From positions 8,370,001 to 8,434,000 of the forward strand of contig CM022672.1 in assembly GCA_012295275.1 (NCBI GenBank): a stretch of DNA of 64,000 nucleotides, given 5' to 3'. Numbering within the stretch: position 1 is the first letter of the stretch; each line of letters starts with the position of its first letter. A program made the translations under genes and the position numbers. Under the pieces are notes generated by a model. The model had not been told where the DNA came from, searched no databases, and saw only the letters and a program-made list of their open reading frames with translations. This document shows positions 13,325 through 27,290 of this stretch, piece by piece. Source of the DNA: Chrysomallon squamiferum. Its lineage: Eukaryota > Animalia > Mollusca.

Positions 13325-16300
13325 TACCAATTGTTGAAACACTTTAGACACACTGCATTGCAGAATCAGTTTACAGTTGGATTTTTCAGACATTCCAGTA
13401 ATTTCTTGATTGGTTTATCAGTGACTTTGGTGTATGTTTTCCTGTTCATGTGTAGTTCACATAAAAGTTCATTTTTGGCTAATGTGTTGAGTAGGTCATG
13501 TTGTGTTGATAACAGATTTCACATTTTTTACTATTATATGGAAAATAATACCTTATACCTAATGACTCTTAATTTATATGTTTTGAGGTTAATTCTTTTA
13601 AGGACATTTTTTTTAATTTTCTTTGTTTTTATTATTATATTTGTTTTAAGTATGTTTTATCAAAAAATCTCTTTCATCGATATACACTTGATGTTCTTCA
13701 AGAAACAGTTTAATATTTTTAATTTTACCATTTAGGATTAACAGTATTTTATTCCGGTTTGTTGTTTCCAGTACCTAAGCGCTGCTTCAACTCCAGGAGC
13801 AATGCCAGCAACACCATCAAGTGAAAGGTCAAGATCACCATCTTGTGACACAGAACAAGGACAGAGAGATGATCCTCAGACAACTGACCAATCAGCAAGC
13901 GGCACATCACACAGTAGTTCCTGTATGTCCAATCACAATTTGGTTTCTGATTTGGGGGTTTTCTGTTTGGTGTTTCTATTAAGCCTATAGTCAAGGTTTT
14001 TTTGGTAGGCTTAAGGTATAGTGCATGTATATCTAAACTTGTTTGAAGTTAAAAGTAATCATTATGTTAGAGAATACATTTTTGTTTGATTCTAGATGGG
14101 TTTTTTTTTAGTTTATCTATTAATTTATTTTTATCAGATATTGATTAACCTTTTGATATTAACTCTGTTTCCATTTTTTAAATTAGTTAATTATTATTAT
14201 TATTCTGCAGTATTTAAATTTATTTGTTTAATTCTTTAATACTGTTAATTGTTGAACATTTTTAAAAGTGTTGTTTTCTTTTTACAAGATGTTGACAGTG
14301 TGGCATCATCTCCATACCCCAGTATTTCAGTACGTGGTGATGAATATGAGACTTTCTACACACCTGATTCTGAAGGAAAACTCTTAGCACAGAGAAGTTC
14401 ATCAGATACACAGGTTACACTTTTTAAATGTCCCGCATCTTTATTGGCCAGATTAAATTAAATACTGATTAAAAAACAAAAAAAATTCTTAAATGTTTTC
14501 TTAATCCGAAATGAGTAAATAAATACATTTTCTATATTTTCGACCATCTGGTTCATTATTTTCTTGTCAAGTGTGTTTGTAATGGTGTCTGAAGGCCTAA
14601 GCACATTTTGTATTATTTTTGTGTTACTGTCACATTTGAGTTTTATCTCAACACTGATATGTAAAAACAACATCTGGTAGACATTGTCTATGTTTAACTC
14701 TGTCTGACTTGTTTACTTGCAGTCAAGCCGTTCTCACAGTGGCCGGAGCTCCCATTCTTCCAGTGACGTGCTTGTGTCCACGCTGGCTAAACGAAGCACA
14801 CTCAGCGATGACCGCTGGGGACATATGGTGTTTCTGCAGACAGGTGTGTGTCCACTTTCACCTCACTATCTCCACTGTAGGCTGGTCCTACCTGGGATTG
14901 TGCTGGTCACAGTGATACAGGTTTGTTAGTCAGAGTTGTGAAAACATGTTGTAAACTCAGAGGGCTGGTTTGTTTTTATTCATTGTCAGTTACAGATTAT
15001 TTCATGATTGATTAATTAATCTCAAACTGTTGATAATTTGATTGATAATCAGTTGGTTTTGGGGAATTAGATGTTATACATTAATTGTGTTTTCCCCATA
15101 ATGTATACAGTCATAATTAATTGCTTTTTCACCTATTTCATGTAACAGTGTTTTAAATAAAAGGAATTGCGTTAGTTCATTATGCTTATTTTTATCAGTA
15201 AAGAAAATGAAATAATTGATAATGAATAACAGGATAACAGGAACGTGGCTGCTGCTCCTCTCTGCAAGATGTTTGACTATGTGAAAGCTCTTCTGTCAGG
15301 GAAGAAGGAAAATCTGAACAACCATGTTTATGATGTCATCAAGACTCTCATCAGCAAAGTCCAGTCAGCACTGAAACACGACAAGGTTTGTGAATAGTTA
15401 TTAGTCTGCTATCTACAGTCTTTTATTATTAATATTGCAACTTTTATTATTGTTATTGTTATCACATTTTTTACATTTTCTTCTTGATGTCATTATTATT
15501 ATTGCTATTATTATTGTTGTTGTTGTTGTTAATATGGGTATACTAACTGCCAAAAACAGCTGAGATGTTTAATAACAGTTGATGGAATTAATTGTTTCTG
15601 TTTCAATTTTTAAATTTAGCAGACTGATGTGAAAAGGCTAATAACTGAACTACAGACTCGATGGGACAACAATGCATTAAAAAACAATCTTTATAAATAC
15701 TTGGAAGACAGCAATGAAGATGAATTAAATACTGGGTAAAAAAACCTTTAGTATGGAGCACATAATTACTTACACATGCTTTTTAGACATTAGTCCAACT
15801 GTAGTTGTGTTGTGCGTGCATGTCTGTGTACCTGTGCATGAGCATGTGTGTGAATGTGTTATTAAGAAAAGACATTTGTTTAGTTTGATGGATAATAAAA
15901 AGGAACAATGGAAATTATTACTTTTGTAAAATTTATTTGTAATGAAATAGTTATTTTCTGTATTGACAAGTGGTAAAATGAAAGATGCGTAAACATTTAT
16001 ATTTATAACATTGATTTTTTTTAATTATCTTTTCTCTCCTCACAGACTGGAAACATCTTTAATGGATGTTCACAAGAAACTGAAATATTTGTTTTCTGTT
16101 TTGTATCTGTCTCCTCAACACTTTAAATCAAAACTGCAGAATGCCATTCAGACCATGACTGAAAAGATAGGCAAGCAACTGTCTGATTACAAAACTTTCC
16201 TCTTTGTGAAAGCTCACAGAAACATTCCAATGACTTCGTATCCTTTAAAATTATTTTTCTCGCACTTATTTGATTTTCAATTCCAACCGTTAAAAGGTAT

Positions 16301-18237
16301 TTAGAAGAAACTGTTTGTGCTGTTGTTTTCTCTGGATAGAACTACATAAAAGATTGTATGCTGATGTATGAAAAGCAAACCATACAAATGTTTAATAGAG
16401 ACTTACACCAAATAATACTAGTAAATAACTGAAATGGATGTGCGGCAAATATTTCACTATATGATTTTTGATACTTTTAAAAAAGAAAATGTATTTTACA
16501 GGCAGAAAGGTAAAAGATGGACAGAAAGGGTAAAAAAAATTCAAAATTCAGAGTAATAAATTCAGTAATAAAAATTTTGTAGAACATTTGTCATAGTCAT
16601 TAAATTTTGCACCTGTTGACAATAGAAACAATTTTATGATTAGTAAGTGAAAAGGTAAACAAAAATTGAAATATGTGGTGTTTTTTTAATATATTCTTTT
16701 TACAAATAATGGAAATTTAAAATTATTTTCCTGAATTATCTCAGGTATTTCAATGAGTTTCCTGGCTTGATACATTTCATCTATACAGACAGTCAAAGAC
16801 ATCATTTAATAGCTCCCTCAATCAATGTAACCAGCACAGATGGCGAAATGGAGGGAACTAAGATTGTGAAAGATAAGGTAAACAAAGCACACTCCAACCA
16901 TTGATATAAAAAACTATTATCATTTACAAAAAATTATTACTGTCAAAAAAAAATTAATTAAAAAAATTCTGATTATAACTTTTTTTTTAAAAACAATTGT
17001 GATTATAAAAAAAAAATAAAAAAAATTATGATTATGTGAAAAGGTTATTAACAATGAGAAAGAATTGGAGTATTTATAAGTTTAAAAACATTAATTTAAT
17101 AAGAAGTAAAATGTTTCAAAGAATATATTGCTTCAAAATTACAATATTTGTTATACTGGGCAGAGGAATTAAAATAAATTATGAGCATATATGCAGCTAT
17201 TAAAATATTTGTGTATATGTTTTAGAAATATTTTCATACTTACACTAGAACTGAAATATTTGCATATATGTACTGGTATACATTTATGTTTTACGTGTTA
17301 AAACTAATATTTGCATTCATGTACCGGAACTGAAATATTCATACAGTATTTGAACTGATATGATGGTAAAGACAAATGTAAGTAGTGAAACAGAAATAGT
17401 TGTTATTGTCATTAATAACCATGTGTATTTCAGGTGTGGCAGATGTTTGAGTTGTTAAGACAAAAGCTGTCTGAAGGGTACACATCTGTTATTGTACGCG
17501 AAGGTGATTTCTACTTCTCACATTTTGTTTGGTTTGAAGACAGCATTGTGAGTATTGGACAATTTTTATTTTTTTTAAATTTTCCATACTTTGTTTAATT
17601 ACACGACTCAGTGTTGAGTTGTCTCTGACGTTGTTGACAGTTTTGATTTCATTCAGGGTTCACTGATATCCGTACAGCAGCCTTTCAAACCAAACACACA
17701 CTTTCCTCCCCCTGGCATCCTGATTGGACCCTTCTTCAGGTACTACATACATATATATATATATATATGATAAGTGATGATTTTTGTGTTTAAATATTAT
17801 TTTTTATAATATTTAGTTCAGGTATGAAATTTAATTATGGAATGGTACAAAAATGAAGCTAATAAGAATTTTGAAACAACAATCGCTTTGAATTTTAAAC
17901 ATATTTTGCACTTATTGTTTGCCATTTTGATTTCTTTCTTTCTTAAATTTTTTTTTTTTTTTTTTGTGTGACTGTTTTTGGACTAAACATATTAGAGACA
18001 TTTTTAAAAACTTGGATGAGATTTTTGATAGCAGAGTGTATATTGGTATTGTTTTTCAGATATTTGATAAAACAGTGTTTTCCAAACAGCCTGCCGGGCA
18101 CTGTTCACTGTTACGAGCTGTTCATGATGCACACTGGACTGGTTCACCCTCGGTTCATTGCTGCACATTGTCGCCAACTTGCCAGAAAACTGGGGGAAAT
18201 GTCTGGCAAAACATTCTCACAGATAAGTCTCTTGTAG
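9686..18237 (+). CDS. HPS1: Hermansky-Pudlak syndrome 1 protein homolog (BLOC-3 subunit, tri-longin Rab32/38 GEF), 16 coding exons, about 777 aa
   Basis: Exons: 9686-9814, 10832-10990, 11354-11475, 11876-11984, 12469-12620, 13067-13286, 13772-13922, 14289-14413, 14723-14920, 15233-15385, 15620-15735, 16046-16237, 16745-16877, 17434-17547, 17657-17739, 18060-18237. Phases are consistent (2334 nt). Motifs matching recalled human HPS1: MKCV start, LFIAINGD, EEQSFLVEAIERL, LLVNSKLLSLYS, PADIL..LLVHDLFP, FPGLIHFIY..APS, EGDFYFSHFVWFE, CYELFMMH..QLARKL. Confidence 0.92.
12121..12236. repeat. Tandem repeat, about 40 bp x 3, in HPS1 intron 4
   Basis: atttaatttacatgagaactt(a/c)atattttatttg repeated. 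Confidence 0.8.
16238..16744 (+). other. U12-type (minor spliceosome) GT-AG intron of HPS1
   Basis: 5' splice site GTATCCTTT matches the U12 consensus. Branch-like TTTTCCTGAAT at 16726-16736 lies just before the AG, with no separate polypyrimidine tract. Confidence 0.75.
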
Positions 18238-18749
18238 ATACCAGAATCTGAGTCAAAAACAACAAATAAGTCATTAATAATTAGGATTTAAAAACAAATA
18301 TATTTTCTTTACAAAAATCATTCTGTTATTGCATTATAAACAAATGTATATAGTTACGCATAAAATACATGTATATAATTACATATAAAATATTTATATA
18401 ATAACATATAAAATACATATATATAATTACATATAAAATGCATTTATATAATTAGATAAAATACATATATATATATATATAATTAAAGATAAAATACATA
18501 TATATAATTAAAATTATGGTCTTTGATACAATAACCACACAGCTTCTACAGGAAAATAAAAAGAAAATATACAAGTTAACAATGTAAAATTATCTGAAAA
18601 AATAAAAAATTATATATAGAAACGATAAATAAATATAAAAACTTTTTTTTTTTTTTTTAAATATTATTATTATTATTATTTAGTTATATTTATTTTAATG
18701 TAATTTTTCTTTGATCTTATTCACAAAAATTCCTGTGGCTGTAGGATAA

Positions 18750-19074
18750 CCGTATTCACACAGTCGCAACCAAACACAGTTTGCTCTTTTCTTTATAAAC
18801 CTCTGTACGAATAAAAAAAAACCTAATATTTGACATCACCCCTTTTGAGCATGTTGTCCTCCTTGTCCTCCAAATTACCTGAGCTGTTTTTACTGGGACG
18901 GGCAGGTATCTTCCTGTTGATATGTGGACAGTAGTCAAATCAGCCGGTCAGCTGCACAAACAAAGCTGTAGATATTTCTTTTGGAATATTTTATTTGTTA
19001 CTTGTTTTTTTTGCTTTTTCACCCATTTATGCATTATTACTAGACCTCCTGTGAATAAGATTAATAATGATTGC

Positions 19075-19105
<31 letters not shown>

Positions 19106-20505
19106 GCTATGTATGAATTTTTATGATATATATATATATATATCAGGTATATTATTTTTTAAATTGTATATGTTTATTTTATTTTATATTTCTTATTTTT
19201 CCGTCTTTTCTCTAACTTATTTACAAAATAAATAAATATATAATTAAATAAATAAAATATATATATATTATATATAAAAAATGTGAATGCAGATCACAGA
19301 GTAGAACATACATATGTTTTTGCATGATAAAATATTTTTGTATTTTTTTTTTTCTAAAGATACATTTTTGCTAATTTGCCAGTACAGAATGTACATTTCT
19401 GAACTGTGTTGTTTTTGTAAGACTTTGAAACTGTGATAAATTGTTGGCTGAACAATCATTTATAATTACTCAAGATCTGTAAATTTTGTCTGTCTTGACA
19501 TACTAGAGTGATGTCGCAAGCCACTGTACTCTGAAGAGATTCAAACTGTGTGTGCCTAGTTTGTGTATTTTGTGAAATATCTTTGTAAATATTCAGCATC
19601 TGAAAATGTTCATTTGTTAAACATCTAAAATAATACACAAGATTTAGTTAGATAGGTAGATAGAGTTACTATCTAAAACAATATACAAAATTTTTATTTA
19701 TATATAGATAGATATGGATATAGAAACATATATATTTTTCATTGTTTTAAATACATTTCACATTTTTATTTCTTATCATGTCCTTCACCTTTATCTCTGT
19801 AACACAGGTAACAAGAATGTGCTTTCATTCAACGCTGGATACTTACAGCTCTCTTCTTTAATCCTGGATTTTCCTTTTTCTCTCTCTATCACTTGATGTT
19901 TCACCTGATGAAGTCAGACATAGTTTTATCACCATCATATGAATGCATATTTCTTTTGAGTCATATAAAATTATACTACATTAATGCATACAAACCCAAA
20001 ACACTTTGTAACAATCATTTTAACATTGGGACTAAACAACTTTCAATTTGAGTCATTATGCAATAATAATGTTTTATTTATTTTTTTGTTTGTTTTTTTT
20101 ATATAATAAATAGCATAAAAGTAAATAAGAACAAGAAAAAGAACTATAAAAATAATAATGAATTAAAAGGAAACAAATAGTTCTCTTATCTTAGTTTGTC
20201 CTTCTTTGGAAACTGGTCACATTTTGGTAATGAAAGTCAGATTTTTCTGTATAGTTCATGTTTATTCTTATAACTAAACACTTCACTTTAGAGAGAAAGC
20301 GAAGAATTTGTGATAAAAATGTTTTTATAAAAAAATATTTCCTATTTATTTGTTTACACATATATTTAGAGTTTTTATAGTACTATGAGACATTATTATG
20401 TATTTTTATATGTATTCCGGATTTACTCCAAATTACAGTAAAATGAAATAAATTCATTTTGTTTATCTTTGTTATTTTTATTTCGTGAAAAAAAAAAAAA
20501 AAAAA

Positions 20506-20564
<59 letters not shown>

Positions 20565-21620
20565 ATAATATACCCAAGTATTTTCTGATGGTTAGTCAAG
20601 GCTGTACATTTACGTCTAAATGTAAACATTGTTTCAAAAAAAAATAAAATAAAATAAAATAAATAAGTTGTTTTTTCTTTTATAATTTATTATTATTATT
20701 ATATTATACTTGTATTATTTTGTATTGTGTATATACAAGTCACCGTCAGTTTATTAAATTTACATTCTACAAAATAATCAGTGATAAAGAAATCTACATC
20801 TCTTTGAGCATTGGTCTTTGTATCGAGCTCCAAATAAAAATGATTGGACCAGGTACAGCAGTAGAGGACATTTGATTCGTTTATTAAAATTAGTTCGTGA
20901 GCTGGTTTAGAAAAAGTTTATATTACTTGAAACGACTTATAATTTAAAAGTTTTTAGTACAGTAACAAATAAAAATGGATATTATTTTCCGTAAGTCTCG
21001 CGGCGAAGTAAACTGAACAGGCAGCGATATCACAAAATCTGCAGTGACTGAGCCTTCATATCACTAACAAGTCTTGTATGTTCAATGTCAAACTTGCTGA
21101 GATGGAGTGAAAAAACCACATAATATACTGCCAAAATTATGTATTTTGATTCACATGTGGAAAAAAAAATCGTTAAAAGGTAGTAAATAAACAAATAAAT
21201 GAAAATCTGCTAACTAAGACATACAAAAATCTTAGAAAAAAATATTTTGAAATAAAAAATATCCGGTCTGAAAAGTTCCAAAGAATCAATGTTCGGAAAA
21301 TCGATTGATATGAATTATTTACTGTATTCATCATTTATTAAACTGTTTGACAATTTTTATATTTTTTCTTTTTTCTTTTGTAATTTAAAACTTTATAACA
21401 TCAACAAATTTACAACTGCCTTTCTGACATCTGCCAATTCTGATGATGTTAACGTCTTCAAATTTTTAATTTTTTTTTTTTTTTTTTTTTTTTGACTGCG
21501 CTCTGTTGATCACTGTGATTAATAGGTTCTTCGCTCTGTAGAACACATTTTTGTAAAGATCTTGCAAACACAGCTCCATTGTCCTTCCCAACCTCATTAA
21601 TTTCTTTTTAATGGCATGGG
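18750..21620 (-). pseudogene. Probable decayed protein-coding relic of unknown identity
   Basis: Several non-repetitive, coding-like patches on the minus strand are interrupted by stops. Examples: 20911-20744 is open for 56 codons and ends at a gtgac donor; 21597-21370; about 19900-19846 ends in gtaagt; 20270-20185. No intact spliced model could be built. Confidence 0.3.
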
Positions 21621-24572
21621 TCGTCGTGTGCGTTACGTTGTATAAAACTATCAGATCCCACGTCGACGTGGCTTTGTAACAATAATGATCATATTAAGAA
21701 GCCCGCTTATAAACAAATCTGTCACTTGTGACATAAGAGGATATTAGGATAGCGGGTGGGTTAATAATTAGAGTAGGGTGGGGGAGGTTGATTACAGAAA
21801 AACCTTTTTCGAGCTAGCTTTCACGTAAATTCACAATCATGGCACACAGTCTTCATAAATCAGTCCAGTTCTCTGTAGTATTATTAATATTCCCTGGGGG
21901 TTGTTTTGAAACCAACAACAATTTAAAAATGTCTTCCAGTTAAATACGTAACACTGCAATATTCCTCGAAGCTGTGCCTCTTTTACGATTAAAAATTAAA
22001 TGTATATTATATATCCAAAATTATTTTAAAATTATTTTTATTACATCATAAGCTACCTTATTAAATTTACTAAATTTAAGATTATTTAGTGAAAATGGCT
22101 GCCGTCACAAATTCTGTAGTCTGAGTCTCCAACCAGAACATTTAAATGCAATGTATTTATTTATTTATTTTTTAATTTATTTTATTAGTACTTTTAAATT
22201 TTATTTATTTATTTATTTATTTTTAAATTCAGCGAAGATTAATTTTTCTTTATTCTGATTTTAAACAACTTTTATTCATGTTTTAATTTTAAGTTGATTA
22301 AAATCTGTAACAGATACTTTCCAGTCTGTTAAAAGATTCTTACAAAATATTTCTTGCTTCCGACTGACACGAATGTCCTTGGAATGGGAGCAACGTCTTA
22401 TCATTAAACACAATATTCGACAAACGAGTAACTTATTACATCTGAGGTTCCGTTAAATAACTATTAGTTTAATCTTTCACTGACCCATCTATCAAGTCAT
22501 TTCCCTCTTTTTAATCTTTATTCCAACTGCTGACACGACTCTTTTTTTTCCCCCCTCAACATCCGCAGACAGACAACAACATGTTGAAGAAAACAAACAA
22601 TTAACGACCAATGAAGCCATTAAAATCAGCTCTGCTTTGAATAATGTTGCTACACCATCTCGTTATTTTGGCGATCAAGTCTGTCGTGCTCAGTCACTCT
22701 TTTCATCCGGCTCCAGGCCATATTGACGTGCCGCTCTGGATGTGGCGCCGAAGCCGTCATTATTGGTTGTTGTCCCCGTATACTTTGCCCAAGCCCGAGG
22801 CCAACCAGGCGCGAAATCCGAGCAAAACTATTTTATTATCGCCGAAGGTTACGTAGGCGCGATCAGAAAGCCTTCAATTTTTTTCCTTCTCTCTGTGACC
22901 AGGCAACTTTAATTTGAACAATGCGGAGAGCAACTGTGTTAATCTACTGCTAAATTGCGCTTCTAAATATAGGGTTACAAATTGCGAATTACAGAGGAAA
23001 AACGAGATGATGTTGTGGACACAGGTTGTTCAAGTGTTCGCCTCATCTGTGTCCCGCGTGATGTATGAGAATTCTACAAACAATGTCAGACGTCGATTAC
23101 ACGTACATTAGATTATTACACTTGTCTCGCTGCACAGAAAGTCTAGGCTGGAAACCTACACCAGTAAACTAGCGTTTTTCTTCTTTTTTTCTTTTCCTTT
23201 GTTGTTGTTATTGTTGTTGTTATTATTATTATTATTATTTTCTTCCTAGAAACGAACTATTATTAAATTTTATTATAATTTTGCGCGTTATTTGTATTGT
23301 CTGGTTTGAACACTGATAAATATGAATACAGGTTTTCAAATTATGTTTACATGTAAAGAGAAGCATTTGAATCATCGAGTTGCTATATAAACTTAACATT
23401 AGAAGTCTAGGTACCAGTGACTGAACTCTAGCAGCACGATTACGAGTCGCAGGATGTCGCCATACTGTAGATTACGCCTCAATCCATCTAATGAAACTTT
23501 ATCATACCATAGGGCGATTCGGGTATCAAACCTGTGATGTTTGCTTTTATTTCTGTGTGAAAAGTCAAATAAATGATCACTGGCCGCTATCTTAGTGAAA
23601 CTTTTCTTCTTTCTTATGTTCCAAAATACCATCCAATGAAAACGAAATCAGTAATGTTCAGCTAAGTCAAACCTGTGTTATGTTTCACAGTTTTTAAGAT
23701 CAAATTGGTCTGACACCAGTGCCTCATTCTGGCATACCTAGTTTAAAATTTAAATGAACTTTCTTTGACTGTTTAAACTTTCATGTGTTATTAAGCCTTC
23801 ATATGTTGAATTAAAGGATTAATTGACAAATTAAATTAAACTTCTGAAAATAACAGTGTAAAAATAAAATAGAAACAAAACCTACACACTTTACCTTTGC
23901 TTTGAAAATGAACATGGTGTATGCGACGGTCAGATAATAGGAACTGTAAATTCTTCCTTTTTGAAAGTTGCACCTCAGATGACAAAGTAAGTGTGAATAG
24001 AAGCAGCTGACTTGACGGATTATTTGTCTGAATGTATTATCAGCTGTCTGCAGTATCAAAAACTTCAATTTAGCCACAGGCTTGTTTTATTTAATAATAT
24101 TTAGTAAAAATGTTCTTCTTTCCGACATTTGTGCAGTTAACCAGTTTCGTGACTTACTTTTTGAACTATTTAATTTGTTCCGTCTCTTACAGTCGTTTGT
24201 GGTTCGTGACGGGAATATTTTGATATACGTGATGTCAGCGTCATGCTGTTTGAAATGCAGATAACTTGTCTGGGAACAGACGTACGTCCCTTTTCCATCA
24301 TTAATTTTTTTTTTTTTAACTAAACAGTGTGACATTTGTGAAACCCAAACATACAGATACATACACATATACATACAAACACCCAAACACACAAACACAC
24401 GAACACACAAACACACGAACACATACCCAAGAACAGACGTTCAAAAAGTATTTTAATAAAATACAAGAGCTATAAACAATATTACAATGTAAAGAAGAAA
24501 AAAATAATAACAATGATAATAAAATAATAAAAATAAAGAAAGAATCCCGTGCGTGTATATGTGTATGTATGT

Positions 24573-24574
<2 letters not shown>

Positions 24575-24652
<78 letters not shown>
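24575..24652. repeat. (AG)n microsatellite
   Basis: Perfect dinucleotide run. Similar runs at about 25475, 42145, 47115 and 52525. Confidence 0.95.
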
Positions 24653-24655
<3 letters not shown>

Positions 24656-24999
24656 CTTGTTATTTAAATATAAATTTGTGATCTGACTAGTTGATGTCGA
24701 GTATTAGCAGATTGTGGGGACTGGGCGAAAATGAACCACGACACATTGTCGTCTGCTTTGTTAACAGCCGATAATTTCTAATCTTTTCTAATCAACCAGA
24801 ATGGATTTCTCATGATGACACATCGTCTTTGTTAAGGTCACAGCTGTCAGGTTTAATGAAGACGTCAGTGATGATGATTATGACGATGATCAAGATGATA
24901 GCTGCTGATTGTTATTTCAGTGCTATAGTTCTTAATAATTTTAACCTCGGCGCCATTAATAACAAAGAGTAGACAATCCATGATGGGTTGAGCATAAAA

Positions 25000-25054
<55 letters not shown>

Positions 25055-25063
25055 TAATAATAA

Positions 25064-25094
<31 letters not shown>

Positions 25095-25238
25095 AAGAAA
25101 AAGAAGAAAAGAAAGAAGGAAAGAAACATGACAGAAAGAAACCTCATAGAAATAAACACCCTGAAATAATTTAAAAAGTAACTCTCCAAATGACAATATA
25201 CAAAATTTAAAAAACAAAACAACTGCAATACAAAAAAC

Positions 25239-25276
<38 letters not shown>

Positions 25277-25473
25277 ACTGGAAAGTGATACACTACAATC
25301 AACATTAATACAAAATAAAGTTCTGAATACATTCATAAAATTGCTTCATTTTCTTTTTAAATAATATATCTTTTTCTCGTTATATTACAACAAAGAACTT
25401 TCTATATGGTTCTCGTGTTCTTTACCCGCATATTTACGTTATTGTTTTATTTTCTTCAATTTTCCTTCATTTG

Positions 25474-25540
<67 letters not shown>

Positions 25541-26018
25541 TTGATACTTGTTATTATTCATTAATAAATCTACACACAATACGACAATTTCCGTTAATAT
25601 TTTAACATAAAAAACGTTCAAAGAAAACTTTGTCTACGAGATGTTAATAACTATCAGTTCAGACTGCCATATATCCGTGAACTAAGCAATCATCAATTTT
25701 TTGTTCCTTCTTTTTTGTTTGTAGCAGACACATCAAGTAATTGTGTTATTTGTTTCCAGTAATTACCGAGTGATATAACAAAAACTACAAAGCAAAGAAT
25801 CAAGAAATTAAAAACAGCATTTAAAGTAATTGAAAAGGCGCAGTCCATTAATTTTTTGGAGGTAAACATACTGAAATATCAAAGGCTGGATTTTAATCAT
25901 ATCTTTTGGAGGTATGTCTGAATAAAAATTGGTGAGCAAAAAATTAATGAGGCAGAGGGGACGTGTACAGGATCGACCATCTGAATTCGTGCTTGTATTT
26001 TCTTAGATATTTTAAATT

Positions 26019-26069
<51 letters not shown>

Positions 26070-27290
26070 TATTATTATTATTAGAAGAAGAAGAAGAAGA
26101 AAAATAGTTTTTATTATCTGTGTAATGGATTGTGACATTCATTTCTTCAGCTTTGTCATAAAGTCAATTGAAATTTAACGAGATTGGTGATAAAATACAA
26201 CTATTGAAAATGGTTTTGTTGTCAACGACACCACCATTGTTATACTTGTCTGGTTCATCAGACGACAGTAGAGATAGATGCTTTTAACACAGAACAATTA
26301 TTTTGCCAACGTACAAGGAAAAAAAAAAAAAAAAGATTAATAAATATGAAAATTAAAAAAAGCCACAAAAAAAAAAGAAGAAGATGAAGAAGAAGAAGAA
26401 GAAGAAGAAGAAGAAGAATGATAAGTAAGTAAATAAATAATAATAAAAATAAATGAATAAAAAATAAATAAATAAATAAACAAAAAACACAACACACACA
26501 AATAGACCAAAAAAAAATAAAAATAATAATAATAAAAAAAACTAAAAAAAAAATTATAAATAAATAAATTATTAAAAAATGAATTAATAAATAAAACAAA
26601 ATAAAATAAATAAACAAACACACACTTCAAAAAGAAAAAAAAAAAAAAAAAAAGTCAAACGAAAACACAAAAGTACAAAAGAACAGTTATCGTTACTAAG
26701 TTCAGAGAAATACTAATCTGAAATGTGCGGTTTTGAACACTGATTTTCGACAAACGCTCCGAGGCTTGTCATAGAGAGATATTCATACACAAATACGTCA
26801 CAATATTGAAAACTGCAACCTGAATGGTATAAATTTCCTTCTGCGGTTAGTGCGCTTCACTTGTGTTTATATGTCGCCATGTTGACCAACTTGTAACAAC
26901 GACTCGGCGCCATTTTGACAGTGTCAAGTTTGGCTTTAAAGATCAGAAGCCAGATATTTTTTTTTTTTTTTTTCAAAGAAAAAATTAAAAAACTTTCTTT
27001 GAGAAACAATTTCTTTTCTTATGTTCTTGTTATTGTAAGCTGAAATAATCGAAACAAGTAAAAGTTAAATAATAAAGCAAAAAACAGGCAGACTGATCGG
27101 CGTTTGCAACTGTGACTACTTAAAAATAAAACTTTTTAAGAGACATTTTTATAGATTTTATTTTCCTCAACCGCCAAGTGATGGTGAAAAAAGTGATATA
27201 AAATTTTTATTACATTCTTTGAAGTTTGATCATTTAAAATTGTTATAACTTCGTTTTCGTATTTCAAAGTAGTTTTATATTGGCAGCATT

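Noticed and set aside
18930-18966. FVCAADRLI*LL (minus) resembling the UPRTase F..ADRLIRL motif, or an in-frame TGA read as selenocysteine
   Set aside because: The similarity does not extend beyond about 10 residues and I saw no SECIS-like element.
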